Assembly (NCBI GenBank): GCA_963575745.1
Contig: CAUYUJ010000092.1
Coordinates: forward strand, 310,001 to 374,000
DNA length: 64,000 bases
Direction: 5' to 3'
From: Prorocentrum cordatum
Lineage: Eukaryota
The first letter of the stretch is position 1; each line of letters opens with the position of its first letter. Below, piece after piece: positions 11,884-24,266 of this stretch. The notes below the pieces were generated by a model that saw only the letters and a program-made list of their open reading frames with translations, was not told the origin of the DNA and searched no databases. The position numbers were made by a program, and so were the translations under genes.

Positions 11884-12779
11884 CCTTTGCTGCCCCCCTC
11901 GTGGCATCGCACGCGCGGGGATCAGGTGCGTGGAGGGCGGTCGCTGGCAGCAGGCCCGTTGCTGCCCTGCAAAACGCGGCCCGCGGAAGGGATGCATCCT
12001 CCGCCCCCCCCCCCGTGCACGCCTCGTCTTCTCGGCGTTCCCAGCCATCATTGCAGCGCTGTGAGCAGTGACGGGGGCCCTTCCTATCTCTGATGGGGCT
12101 CTCGCAGGCATCCTTTCCTTCAAATCGTGCTCGTCGCCTCGGCGCCCACTGTCACAGTTGCAGCGCTGTGAGAAGAGGCGGAGGCGCATGCACCCCCCCC
12201 GGAGGCGCCTCCGACGCTGGCGCACTCAGCGTGGATGAAAGTGTGAGCTCTGTGGCTGTTGGCTGCACCCCTGTGTGATTGGAAGTGTGGACTCAGCGGC
12301 TGTAGTGTGAACGGACTGCGTGTCCCGCGGGTTCTCCTGTGGCTTGCATCCTGGCGCCGGGCTCCCTGGGGGGCCGCCGCTGGTCCCGGGTCCGCCCTCT
12401 GTGGCCCTGGTACTCTTGCATCCCGCTTCTGTCGGTCAGCGGTGGCGGTGGCACCACCCTCTCCAGCGTGATCCACATGTGCCGGCGCACTGCCGGGATG
12501 TCCCTGCAGCTGCCCACCCCCCACCGCGTACCTGTGTTCAGCGGCTTTTGGCTGCGCCCCCCCCTGCAGGAGGCCGAGGAGGAACAACAATGGACCGTTG
12601 GACAAGAGGTACAGTGCATGGGTGCCCTGTGTGAGGCACGGAGGCCACGCTAGCCGCGTCCTGTCCACCCTTCACGGGGACAGGCGCGTTCGTCTCGCAG
12701 TGGCGCAGCACCCCCCCGCCAAATCGCCCCCGTCCTTGGACAGTTTGTCACCGGCGGCAGTGCGGCCGCCGGCCTCTCC

Positions 12780-15250
12780 CCATCTTAATCTGTGTCCAGC
12801 GGTTTTTGGCTGCGCCCCCTCCTCCTTCTCCTCCTCCCCCTCCCCCTCCTCCTCCTCCTACTCCGCTTCATTCACAACGTCTCTGCGGCTTTTGGCTGCG
12901 CCCCCCCCCCATCAACAGCGTAGATTGCATCGGCCGCAGAAGAGCGCCCACCCTGAGACTTGCCCAAGGAGAATCGGCCCCTCGTCGCCGACCCAGCCAT
13001 GGTTCTACTACAAGGGCGCCTTGGCACGTCAGCACGCCGCTAGCGAACGGTGCAGGCCAGCAGCTCGGCAGCTGTCGGCCGCCTGCATGCCCTGGCGTCG
13101 GAGGCATCCGGCTTCTGCATGGGCAGCGTGGCAGGTGTTGAGTGGGTGTGGCTGTCCACCATACACGTGGCGATTGGCTGCGTCAAGCGAGCGGCCCCCG
13201 CGTCGAGTGGTTCAGCCTTCCGCGGTCCAAGTTCGTCTCGCTCTTCTCGGCGCAGCCACAGCCCCAGCCCTCGCCAGGACATTGCATCGTTGTGCCCCCG
13301 GACTGCGTGAGTCGGATACGACGTAAGTGCACCGGCCACCTGCTGGCGGTTGCCAGCCTCGTGCACGCACACCTGTGGTCTTCGCAGCACAGTGAACGGC
13401 AGTGGTTGGTGACCGACATTACCCACCGCACCACCCTCGCTCAGCCCCACCCCCCCGTGGTCAAGAGGTTCTGTGCATGGATGCCCTGGGTATCTCTATC
13501 TGTGTCCAGCGGCTTTTGGCTGCGCCCCATCCTTCTCTTCCTCTCATTCACAATGTCTCTGCGGCTTTTGGCTGCCCCCCCCCCCCCCCCCCCCCCCCGA
13601 TCAACAGCGTAGATTGCATCGGCCGCTGAAGAGCGTCCGCCCTGAGACCTGCACAGGGAGCATCGGCCCCTCGTCGCCGACCCAGCCATGGTTCTACTAC
13701 AAGGACGCCTTGGCACGTCAGCACGCCGCTAGCGAACGGCACAGCCCAGCAGCTCGGCAGCTGCCAGCCACCTGTATGCCCTGGCGTCGGAGGCATCCGG
13801 CTTCTGCATGGGCAGCGTGGCAGGTGTTGAGTGGGTGTGGCTGTCCACCATACACATGGTGATTGGCTTCGTCAAGTGAGCGGCCCCGCATCGAGTGGTT
13901 CAGCCTTCCGCGGTCCAAGTTCGTTTCGCTCTTCTCGGCGCAGCCACAGCCCCAGCCCTCGCCAGGACATTGCATCGTTGTGCCCCCGAACTGCGCGAGT
14001 CGGATACGATGTCAGTGCACTGGCTACCTGCTGGTGGTTGCCAGCCTCGTGCACGCACACCTGTGGTCTTCACAGCACAGTGAACGGCAGTGGTTGGTGA
14101 CCGACATTACCCACCGCACCACCCTCGCCCAGCCCCACCCCCCCGTGGTCAAGAGGTTCTGTGCATGAATGCCCTGGGTATCTCTATCTGTGTCCAGCGG
14201 TTTTTGGCTGCGCCCCATCCTTCTCTTCCTTTCATTCACAACGTCTCTGCGGCTTTTGGCTGCGCCCCCCCGATCAACAGCGTAGATTGCATCGGCCGCA
14301 GAAGAGCGTCCGCCTGAGACCTGCACAGGGAGCATCGGTCCCTCGTCGCCGACCCAGCCAGGGTTCTATTACAAGGACGCCTTGGCACGTCAGCACGCCG
14401 CTAGCGAACGGTACAGCCCAGCAGCTCGACACCTGCCAGCCACCTGTATGCCCTGGCGTCGGAGGCATCCGGCTTCTGCATGGGCAGCGTGGCAGGTGTT
14501 GAGTGGGTGTGGCTGTCCACCATACACATGGTGATTGGCTTCGTCAAGTGAGCGGCCCCGCATCGAGTGGTTCAGCCTTCCGCGGTCCAAGTTCGTTTCG
14601 CTCTTCTCGGCGCAGCCACAGCCCCAGCCCTCGCCAAGACATTGCATCGTTGCGCCCCCGAACTGCGTGAGTCGGATACGATGTAAGTGCACCGGCTACC
14701 TGCTGGTGGTTGCCAGCCTCGTGCACGCACATCAGTGGTCTCTTATTGGATGGCGCCCCGCCACCCCTCATTGACACTGGTGTTCAGCGGCTTTTGGCTG
14801 CGCCCCCCTCCTGCCTGAGACCCGCCCTGGTTCGTCGCCGGCCCGGCCATGGTTCTACCACAAGGACGTCTTGGCCCGCCGCCAGCACGCCGCCTACGAG
14901 CGGCACGGCCCAGCAGCTCGGTAGCCGCCAGCCATCGTTTCGCCACCGGCGTCGGTGTATTCGGCTTCCGCACGGGCAGCGTGGCAGGTGTGGAGTGGGT
15001 GCGGCTGTTGGCCGCACACTCGGTGACACCCGGTGTTTGGCTTCGTCAAGTGAGTGGCCCTGCATTGAGTGGTTCAGCCTTCTGCAGTTCGCGGTAGTTC
15101 TCCTGTCCAGCCCTCGTCAGTACATTGCATCGTTGCGCCCCCGAACTGCGCGAGTCGGATACGATGTGCACGCACTGGCTACCGGCTGGAGGTGGCTCAG
15201 CCTCGTGAGCGCACACCAGTGGTCTTCCTCTACTGGATGGCGCTTTGACG
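12780..15250. repeat. ~680-bp tandem repeat: 3 similar copies and 1 diverged copy
   Basis: ATCAACAGCGTAGATTGCATCGGCCGC at ~12911, ~13600 and ~14274; diverged copy ~14780-15240. Confidence 0.92.
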
Positions 15251-16014
15251 CGGATCAGCCACACCTCAGCTTCAGTGAGCCTTGATGAGTCAAGCCTCTT
15301 TCGCCGCACCATCGTTTACCCGGGGTGCTGCAGTGAGTCTGAGTTAATTAGTCCCTCGCGCTCGCACTCTCCCCCCTCTCTTTTCCGTGGTCTTGGACGG
15401 CCTGTCCCTGTGTGCACGCACGTGGGCTTCGCTTGGTCATTGGTCATTCGGATCCGCGTTCTGCCTGCGGCTTTACAGTGCCCCGCTGTCCGTCTTGGCC
15501 TCGTTTCCGAGTGTGGTTCGGCTGGAGCTTGGCGCCGCGCGGGCGACTTCTCCCCCCCGTTCCGCTGCCGGTCGCCGCGCCTTTGCTTCGCCACCTGCCG
15601 GGATGTCTGGGCTGGTCACCTGCCGACGCCGTCTTGCGTCCCAGTGAGGGGCATTTTGTCCCTGGCATGTGCAGACGCCACTGCGGCCAATTTACATCGC
15701 ACCGCGCCCCGGACGTTGTGCCCGCTCCCTGTCCCTCGCCTTGGAGCCGCGAACCAAAAAGTATCCCCACCATTGGGCGTTCCAGTTCAGCCAGCCAGCC
15801 CCCGCTCCGCTGCCCCAGCTGCCGCCTTGTGAGCTGGCCCGGCCGGCCCGTGCTGCGCCCAGTAGCTAATTAGGCTTGCCCGTCGGCCCGGACACCCTGT
15901 TCGCCGCCTGCGTTCTTCGCTCGCGGCCGCGACCAAAAAAGTATCCCCACCAATCACACGGCCATCAGCCGTTCCCCTGGCTCCTCTCTCTCTCTCTCTA
16001 TCCCTTTCTCTCTC

Positions 16015-16045
<31 letters not shown>

Positions 16046-16722
16046 GCTGGGAAGGGCGTGACGGCCATCAACCGCACGCGGCTCGATCACCCTGGCAGAC
16101 TCTGCACAATGTCCCGTTCTGGTTTCGCACGCTTCGTTCCGTTGTTCCAGCAGACACGGGCGTCGCTCAGGACATGGACACTCAGACCGCTGCCCCGGGC
16201 CAGTTCCCCGCAACACCGCAACTCCGCGGAGGAGCTCCACGGGCTGAGGGCTGTCCCCACAGCCCAGAGGCCGCCATCTGCGTGAGGGTCAGACCTTGGC
16301 CAGCAACCGCTCCAGACAGCAGCTGGCAGAGGAGCTCGTCGCCGAAGACAGGGCTCTGGGCACCAGTGGGGCTGCTGAAATTGGTGCCCTGGAACTCCCT
16401 TCGGAATGAAACAAGAACATACGGCCATCAGCCGTATCCCTGGCAGTCCATTCCCAGACGGTCAGACGGCCATCAGCCGTGAGGCGGAGCACCGTTCCAG
16501 CGCTGTAGAGCAGATTGACGACTGCGGCCCCCCAGGGCCACCAGATTAGAGGTTGGGCTGAGAGGGTACCCAGGATACCAAGAGAGCGGACGGCCATCAG
16601 CCATGAGCACGGAGCGTCCCCAAGCCAATCCCTTGGTGTCGTGGTGTTATCATACTAACCTTTACGGCCATCAGCCGTTCCCTGGCTCTCTGCCTCTCCC
16701 TCCCTCTCTCTCTCTCTCTCTT

Positions 16723-16792
<70 letters not shown>

Positions 16793-18145
16793 CACATGAA
16801 GATTGGGACGGCCATCAACCGTATGTTCCTGCAACCAGACTTGCAGTGCTCGTGCGGCCATCAGCCGTCCCCTGGCGTTGGTCACCCTGGAGGACGCCTC
16901 TGCCCCCGTGCCGGATAGGTGATGTCAGTTCCCACCTGCCCCGGTCTCCCCTTCCCGCGTAATTTGTGGTTCCCTCCATGCGGCGTCCTCGACACACGCC
17001 CCCTGGCCAGCCCCACGGTTGCGTCTGCAATTCCTGGGCGACTGGTCACAATAGTTGCTCCGCAGGCCGTGTTTGGTGCCGGCCCTGTGGGGACTCACCT
17101 GCCGTCTCAGTCAGGAGTGGTTCAGCCTTCTTTCAGTGGTCGGCACCACCCCCGCCGTCGCATCGCTACCGCCTCTTGGCACATACCTCGCCACAGCTGT
17201 GGCCCTGACACCTGGCGGCCTGCGGCGACAAGGTCCATCTGCTACCGGGTGACCTCCTCCCACGGTACCCATTTGAGCTCGTGTGCTCCCGCGCCTTTCG
17301 GACTCCGTTCTCCTGGCTGCGCGCCGCCTCACCGGATTCGCCCGTCTGGTGGCACCGCCCCGCTCGGCAGACGTGTGGTCTGTTGGTACAGAACAGGTCA
17401 CGTCCTCTCCTGGCGTGCTGGAACCAATTCACTCGCATGGTGCATCAGCTACCTTGGCCGTCTGCAGTCAGCTCAGCCAGCTCCCCTTCAGCCTGCGGCC
17501 CCATCGGCGGTAGGTTCTGAGTGCGGGCTCGGCCGCTGTGCTCTTAGGCTCGCGCGTTGCTACTTTGACAGGCCCGTGGCCCGGACCTCTCAGCTCGGCG
17601 ATTGCGAATCCGCGTCCGCCCGCGACCCAAAAAAATATCACCACCAGCCCTGACGGCGCGCGGCTCTTCCGCTTGCGCTCGCGAGCAAAAAAGTACCCCC
17701 ACCAGCTTGGCAGCCGTGAGTGCGCTCGCTGGATAATTAGGTTACGCCCGTAGCCCGGGTCGACCCTTGACGCCGCCTGCGCCTTCGCTTGCGGCTGCGA
17801 CAAAAAATCCCCACCAGCCTATCCAGAAGCAGATCGTCAGGCGAGTTGCCTTGACGAGAAGTAAAGAAGCATGCAGTTAGACAACCTCTTTTTACATAAC
17901 AGCGAAGACTGATAGGTTTCTAGTGGTCTCAAAAGAGAGCATCATGACCCCCCAGGGGGGTCTGGGCAGATGCCGGACGGGTGCCGCGGGAATCCGGGGA
18001 CTCCCGCGGGAATCCGGGGATTTTTCCCAACCCTCCTGCGTTGGGTTCTCGTTTTGAATAGAGCACTGCTCGCGCGTCTCCTTTCTTCCTTCCCGCCCCT
18101 CTCTTCCCCCTTGCCTTTTGCATCGCTCGTCGCTGCGTGCCAGCT

Positions 18146-19200
18146 GGGGGGCTGCGATTTGTGAAACCGTCGCCACTTTCGAGGCCTGCTGGGGGGCCCA
18201 GCACAGTGGGTACACACGGCGGATTCAAATGGGACCTCGCCATCCCTGGGGGGCTGCGATCTGTGAAACTGTCGCCACTTTCGAGGCCTGCTGGGCGGCC
18301 CAGCAAAGTGGATACCCACGGCGGATTCAAATGGGACCTCGCCATCCCTGGGGGGCTGCGATCTGTGAAACTGTCGCCACGTTCGAGGCCTGCTGGGGGG
18401 CCCAGCACAGTGGGTACCCACGGCGGGTTCAAATTAGACCTCGCCATCCCTGGGGGGCTGCGATTTGTGAAACTGTCGCAACTTTCGAGGCCTGCTGGGG
18501 GGCCCAGCACAGTGGGCACTCACGGCGGATTCAAATGTGACCTCGCCATCCCTGGGGGGCTGCGATCTGTGAAACTGTCGCCACTTTCTTACCTCGCTCG
18601 TCGCTGGGTTTCGAGGGCTGTTGGGGGCTGCGATCTGTGAAACTGTCGCCATTTTCGAGGGCTGCTGAGGGGCCCAGCACAGTGGGTACTCACCGAAGAC
18701 TCAAATGGGACCTCGCCATCCCTGGGGGGCTGCGATCTGTGAAACTGTCGCCACTTTCGAAGGCTGCTGAGGGGCCCAGCACAGTGGGTACTCACCGCAG
18801 ACTCAGATGGGACCTCGCCATCCCTGGGGGGCTGCGATTTGCGAAACCGTCGCCACTTTCGAAGGCTGCTGAGGGGCCCAGCACAGTGGGTACTCACCGC
18901 AGACTCAGATGGGACCTCGCCATCCCTGGGGGGCTGCGATCTGTGAAACTGTCGCACTTTTCGAGGGCTGCTGAGGGGCCCAGCACAGTGGGTACTCACC
19001 GCAGACTCAGATGGGACCTCGCCATCCCTGGGGGGCTGCGATCTGTGAAACTGTCGCCACTTTCGAGGGCTGCTGAGGGGCCCAGCACAGTGGGTACTCA
19101 CCGCAGACTCAGATTAGACCTCGCCATCCCTGGGGGGCTGCGATCTGTGAAACTGTCGCCACTTTCGAGGGCTGCTGAGGGGCACAGCACAGTGGGCTTC
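18146..19200. repeat. 102-bp tandem array, ~10 copies in two subtypes
   Basis: GCTGCGAT(C/T)TGTGAAAC at 18151, 18253 and onward; subtype switch at ~18590-18620. Confidence 0.95.
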
Positions 19201-19431
19201 CCGCACGTCTTTCTCCTGCTCTTCGTTCCCGACTCCCCATGTCCTCTTCGAGCCTGTAGTTGTCGCCCCTCGTTATTGTATGGTTTTCCTGCGCATCATG
19301 CCATTGGCGCGTGTCCCAAGTAGCTTACATATCGAACAACGGATCCTGCAATTTGATTGTCCGTGCAAGTTTCGGCCAACTCCTCGTTTCCCATGATACA
19401 AATGGGTTGGGTACGTCACAGGGTTATTTTT

Positions 19432-19792
19432 TAGCCAACCGTAACGCACTTCGTGGTCTTCGAGTTCCCATAACTCCATTCCTGGGCATGATGTTGAATG
19501 CCCGGAGCCAACGGTAGGCCACTTCGTGTTCTTCGAGTTCCCAGAATTCCATTCCTGGGCATGATTTTGAACGCCCGGAGCCAACTGTAGGCCACTTCGT
19601 GGTTTTCGAGTTCCCAGAACTCCACTCCTGGGCATGATTTTGAATGCCTGGAGCCAACTGTAGGCCACTTCGTGTTCTTCGAGTTCCCAGAATTCCATTC
19701 CTGGACATGATTTTGAATGCTCGGAGCCAACTGTAGGCCACTTCATGCTCTTTGAGTTCCCAGAATTCCATTCCCGGGCCACATTTTGAATG
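19432..19792. repeat. 73-bp tandem array, ~5 copies
   Basis: GGCCACTTC at 19517, 19590 and onward. Confidence 0.93.
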
Positions 19793-21240
19793 CTGAGGCA
19801 GGCTGATGCTGAGGCTGAGGCAGGCTGAGGCTGAGGCCGAGGCTGAAGGCAGACTGAGGCTGAAGCAGCTGAGGCTGAGGCTGAGGCAGGCTGAGGCTGA
19901 GGCTGAGGGCTGATGCTGAGGCAGGCTGAGGCTGAGGCTGAGGCTGATGGGCTGAGGCTGAGGCAGGCTGAGGCTGAGGCCGAGGCTGAAGGCAGACTGA
20001 GGCTGAGGCTGAAGCAGGCTGAGGCTGAGGCAGGCTGAGGCTGAGGCTGAGGCAGGCTGATGCTGAGGCAGGCTGAGGCTGAGGCTGAGGCTGATGCAGC
20101 TGAGGCTGAGGCAGGCTGAGGCTGAGGCCGAGGCTGAAGGCAGACTGAGGCTGAGGCTGAAGCAGGCTGAGGCTGAGGCTGAGGCAGGCTGAGGCTGAGG
20201 CTGAGGCAGGCTGATGCTGAGGCAGGCTGAGGCTGAGGCTGAGGCTGATGCAGGCTGAGGCTGAGGCAGGCTGAGGCTGAGGCCGAGGCTGAAGGCAGAC
20301 TGAGGCTGAGGCTGAAGCAGGCTGAGGCTGAGGCTGAGGCAGGCTGAGGCTGAGGCTGAGGCAGGCTGAGGCTGAGGCTGAGGCTGAGGCTGAGGCTGAG
20401 GCTGAGGCTGAGGGCTGAGGCTGAGGCTGAGGCTGAGGCTGAGGCTGAGGCAGGCTGAGCTGAGGCTGAGGCTGAGGCTGAGGCTGAGGCTGAGGCAGGC
20501 TGAGGCTGAGGCTGAAGGCAGACTGAGGCTGAGGCTGAGCAGGCTGAGGCTGAGGCTGAGGCAGGCTGAGGCTGAGGCTGAGGCAGGCTGATGCTGAGGC
20601 AGGCTGAGGCTGAGGCTGAGGCTGATGCAGGCTGAGGCTGAGGCAGGCTGAGGCTGAGGCCGAGGCTGAAGGCAGACTGAGGCTGAGGCTGAAGCAGGCT
20701 GAGGCTGAGGCTGAGGCAGGCTGAGGCTGAGGCTGAGGCAGGCTGATGCTGAGGCAGGCTGAGGCTGAGGCTGAGGCTGATGCAGGCTGAGGCTGAGGCA
20801 GGCTGAGGCTGAGGCCGAGGCTGAAGGCAGACTGAGGCTGAGGCTGAAGCAGGCTGAGGCTGAGGCTGAGGCAGGCTGAGGCTGAGGCTGAGGCAGGCTG
20901 ATGCTGAGGCAGGCTGAGGCTGAGGCTGAGGCTGATGCAGGCTGAGGCTGAGGCAGGCTGAGGCTGAGGCCGAGGCTGAAGGCAGACTGAGGCTGAGGCT
21001 GAAGCAGGCTGAGGCTGAGGCTGAGGCAGGCTGAGGCTGAGGCTGAGGCAGGCTGATGCTGAGGCAGGCTGAGGCTGAGGCTGAGGCTGATGCAGGCTGA
21101 GGCTGAGGCAGGCTGAGGCTGAGGCCGAGGCTGAAGGCAGACTGAGGCTGAGGCTGAAGCAGGCTGAGGCTGAGGCTGAGGCAGGCTGAGGCTGAGGCAG
21201 GCTGAGGCTGAGGCTGAGGCAGGCTGAGGCTGAGGCTGTG
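19792..21240. repeat. (GAGGCT)n satellite with 155-bp higher-order repeat
   Basis: Variant CGAGGCTGAAGGCAGAC at 20661, 20816, 20971 and 21126. Confidence 0.95.
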
Positions 21241-21409
21241 ACTGCGACTGCCGTTGCCACTGCGACTGTCATCGCGAATGCGACTACGACTGCGAGAACA
21301 GCAGAATTCTACAACTGGATTCTCATCTGAATCTTAAGGGGAATGCTCCCAGACATGCTCCTACACATCGCTGTTAGGTTGCTTTGCCGGGATAATAAAG
21401 TGATTTCTC

Positions 21410-22075
21410 GGAGGTCTCCTGGAGCCATCTTGGGTCTCTCTTGGGATCATCGCGGGGCCACTTGGGGCACTATTGGGGCCCCCTTGGGGCTCATGTGGGG
21501 GGGGGGGGGCTCTTGGGGCTCTTTTGGGGGGTTTGGATGGCCTCTGGGGGCCATGTTGGCCCCCGAGGCTCAAAAAGAGAGGGGTAACGGATTCAAGCCC
21601 CCCTCCCAGGTTCAAACATGTCGTCTTGAGGCTTTGTGGCGCCGTTTTTGGAGCGTTCTTGGGCATTATTGGGGCCGTCTCGGAGCCCTTTTGGGTCCTT
21701 TTCGGGGCCCCCTTGGGCCATGCTGGCGCCTCCGAGGCCCATCGGAAGCGATAAGGCGAGAAGGCAAAACTCACGAATTGTCCTTAGGTTGTGGAGCCAA
21801 CTTGGCTTATCGAGGCGGTCCTTGGAGGGCTCGGGGGGCTCTTGAACCTATCTCGGGGCCATCTTGAGGCCTCTTGAAAGTGCGTCGGCGACTACCTTGA
21901 CCATCTTGAGCCACCTGGAGCAATATTGGATGCCATCGTGCGCTCCCAGAGGCCCTCTTGGAGCCATCTTAGGCCACCTTGGACGCTCTAATCCCTATCG
22001 GGGCGCCCCTTCCAGGCCCAGGGAAGGGTGGGGAGGGACAAACCCCTCCCCCGAGTAGGGGAAAGAGGGAGCTTT
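21410..22075. repeat. Degenerate TTGGGGCC/CTTGGAG-rich dispersed repeat family; related copies at ~26680-27420, ~30760-30830, ~32060-32680 and ~43400-43700
   Basis: Recurrent GGCC(A/G)TCTTGG(G/A)G motifs, similar in each location. Confidence 0.65.
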
Positions 22076-22769
22076 GGCAAAAAGAAGACAACATTCGTTA
22101 AACCACCTACGCCCACTTGGCTGGTGGGATTTGATGTCCTGCGCGCTCCGAAAGAAGCGGCGTCACACATGACACCGCGCATGCTTTGCACCGTTGGGGA
22201 TATGCGCCCTCGCGCGTGGTATTGCTGACCTCCTTGCGCGATTCACCTCGATGACGATGTCACTTGTTGGACAGGTATGTCCCAGAGTGCACGTCGCAAT
22301 GGTGTACGCCAGGATTGTGCGATCATAATATTGTTTTGGTCACCAAAACAGCTTTATATGCGTCGTGCAGTTCTACATTCAGACGGGGGACATCTGCTCT
22401 GTCCAATCCACGGGCGAGGCCTTCTAGAATCATTTCGTTTTCGACAGGGTGGCGCGGGTGTGCCCGAGGTGCATTCGCGGTTAGATGTTTGTTGTGGGCG
22501 TTTTAGATTCAGTGTGTTATATATTGTCATCCTGTTTGCCCGGGCTGCTGTTCGGTGCTGCGAACGCTTACACAAGAGTTGGCTATGATGGCGGTAAGCC
22601 GATGATCCATCTGCAGTTCTATCGCGCAGCCTCTCGGCCTCGTGATTTTTGGAGAGAGCCCCGCCCGCACGCTGAGAAAGGCATGCGCCGTTTCTGGCTC
22701 GGCTCCTCCCAGGATGCTCGACGGTCCAGCTGCAGGACGGCAGCATCCACAAACTCGTGGGGTCCTTCC

Positions 22770-23013
22770 CTTAGTGGGCCCCAGAAACGGCAGGGCCGTT
22801 TTTTCACCGTTTCCCTAAAAATGTCCCTTGAAAATGGAAACGGCAAAAAAACGGCGATTGGAGGCAAAAAACGGCTCCAGGATTGGAACCAGAGCCGGAA
22901 CCGGTCAAAAAACGGCGACGGAACGGGTAAAAAAACGGCGTCGGAACCGGCAACAAAAACGGCAAAACGGAACCGGTTAAAAAACGGCCCTGTCGTTTCC
23001 AGGGCCCACTAAG
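22770..23013. mobile_element. MITE with ~35-bp TIRs and 8-bp TSD GTCCTTCC (hAT/P/Merlin-type TSD length)
   Basis: CTTAGTGGGCCCCAGAAACGGCAGGGCCGTTTTTT ... AAAAAACGGCCCTGTCGTTTCCAGGGCCCACTAAG; GTCCTTCC on both flanks; internal AAAAACGG repeats. Confidence 0.9.
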
Positions 23014-23584
23014 GTCCTTCCTGGCGGCAAGAAAGCCGGCGTGGGAGCCCCTGTGCCCGTCTCGTGCTCGCCCCTTTGCCTCCCGGCCGGGTGCCAGAGT
23101 CTGTCCCGAGCTCCCGCCCTGGACGGATGAAGGCGGGAAGTCCAGGCAGAGCTCCAGGGCGCCAACATCGCAGACCGGATTTCGTTAGGAAAAGGATGGG
23201 ATGGGCACGGAGCGTCTTGGAGAAATTTGTTTTGGATTTCGAGGTGAATCTCGTGCGGGCTTGTTTTTGGCCAGGAAGGAAGACTAAAAAATCCACTCGA
23301 AGTTCACTTCGTTTTTCAATCGCCGTTTCGGGGTTCTGCATTGACAGAAATCCACACAAAAATCCGCTGCAGCACGACTGCAAGGTCGGTGCAGTGAAGT
23401 TCCCAGCGGAGGATTCCGTCACACCTTCTCTTGCGGCAGATGCTTGTACACTTGAAAGCCGGCGACATCCAGATGCACCTTTTGCGAGCCTTTAAGACGC
23501 AGCCGTAGCTGTCGAGACCGAGCATGCGAGCTTGGTGTTTGAGTTATTGTGGGATCGGGGACATTCCGCCTCCGACGAGCGAGT

Positions 23585-23955
23585 CAGCATCATCATCAGC
23601 ATCATCATCATCATCAGCAGCAGCATCAGCATCAGCATCAACATCAACATCAAGATCAACATCAACATCAACATCCTCATCATCATCTGCAGCATAATCA
23701 GCATCATCGTCATCATCAGCATCACCACCATCCATCATCATTAGCAGGATTATCAGCATCATTACGTCACCATCATCAGCATCACCATCATCATCATCAT
23801 CGTCACCATCATCATCATCATCGTCATCATCATCATCATCATCATCATTATCATCATCATCATCAACATCAGCATCATCATCACCATCAGCATCAGCATC
23901 GCCATCAGCAGCATCATCAGTATCATCACTTGCATCATCATCAGCATCATCATCG
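23585..23955. repeat. (CAT)n microsatellite
   Basis: Direct reading. Confidence 0.95.
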
Positions 23956-24066
23956 CCCCATCCCCGCCTCCGTCTCCTGCACCATCATCCTCTCGCTCCG
24001 CTGCCCCTCCTGCTCTTCCCCCCTCGCCTCCCCCTGTCCTTCTTCATCCAGCCATCATCCTCCAAG

Positions 24067-24266
24067 GCCGGGTCATGACCTCCACGGTGACCCACTGGCG
24101 ATCCAGCTTTGAGCGGGCTGGGCCGGTCGAGGACGACATGTCCTTCCGGGACTCGCGCTGCTCCAGCGCGCAGTCGGCGCGCGGCGGCAGCGGCTGGCGG
24201 GGCGGCAGCGGCGCGGCCCGGCGCCTGTTCCTCCACTCCCGCGCGACGAACTTCATGCGTGCGACG
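24067..24266 (+). CDS. Candidate N-terminal exon of the K+ channel gene
   Basis: AG acceptor, GC3-rich [26 protein letters not shown]...[14 protein letters not shown] donor. Confidence 0.5.

Noticed and set aside
12540..14800. GCGGCTTTTGGCTGCG motifs as spliced-leader RNA genes or relics
   Set aside because: Only TTTTGGCT matches the dinoflagellate SL (CCGTAGCCATTTTGGCTCAAG); the flanks disagree
19743..21272. 509-aa ORF
   Set aside because: Translation of the (GAGGCT)n satellite
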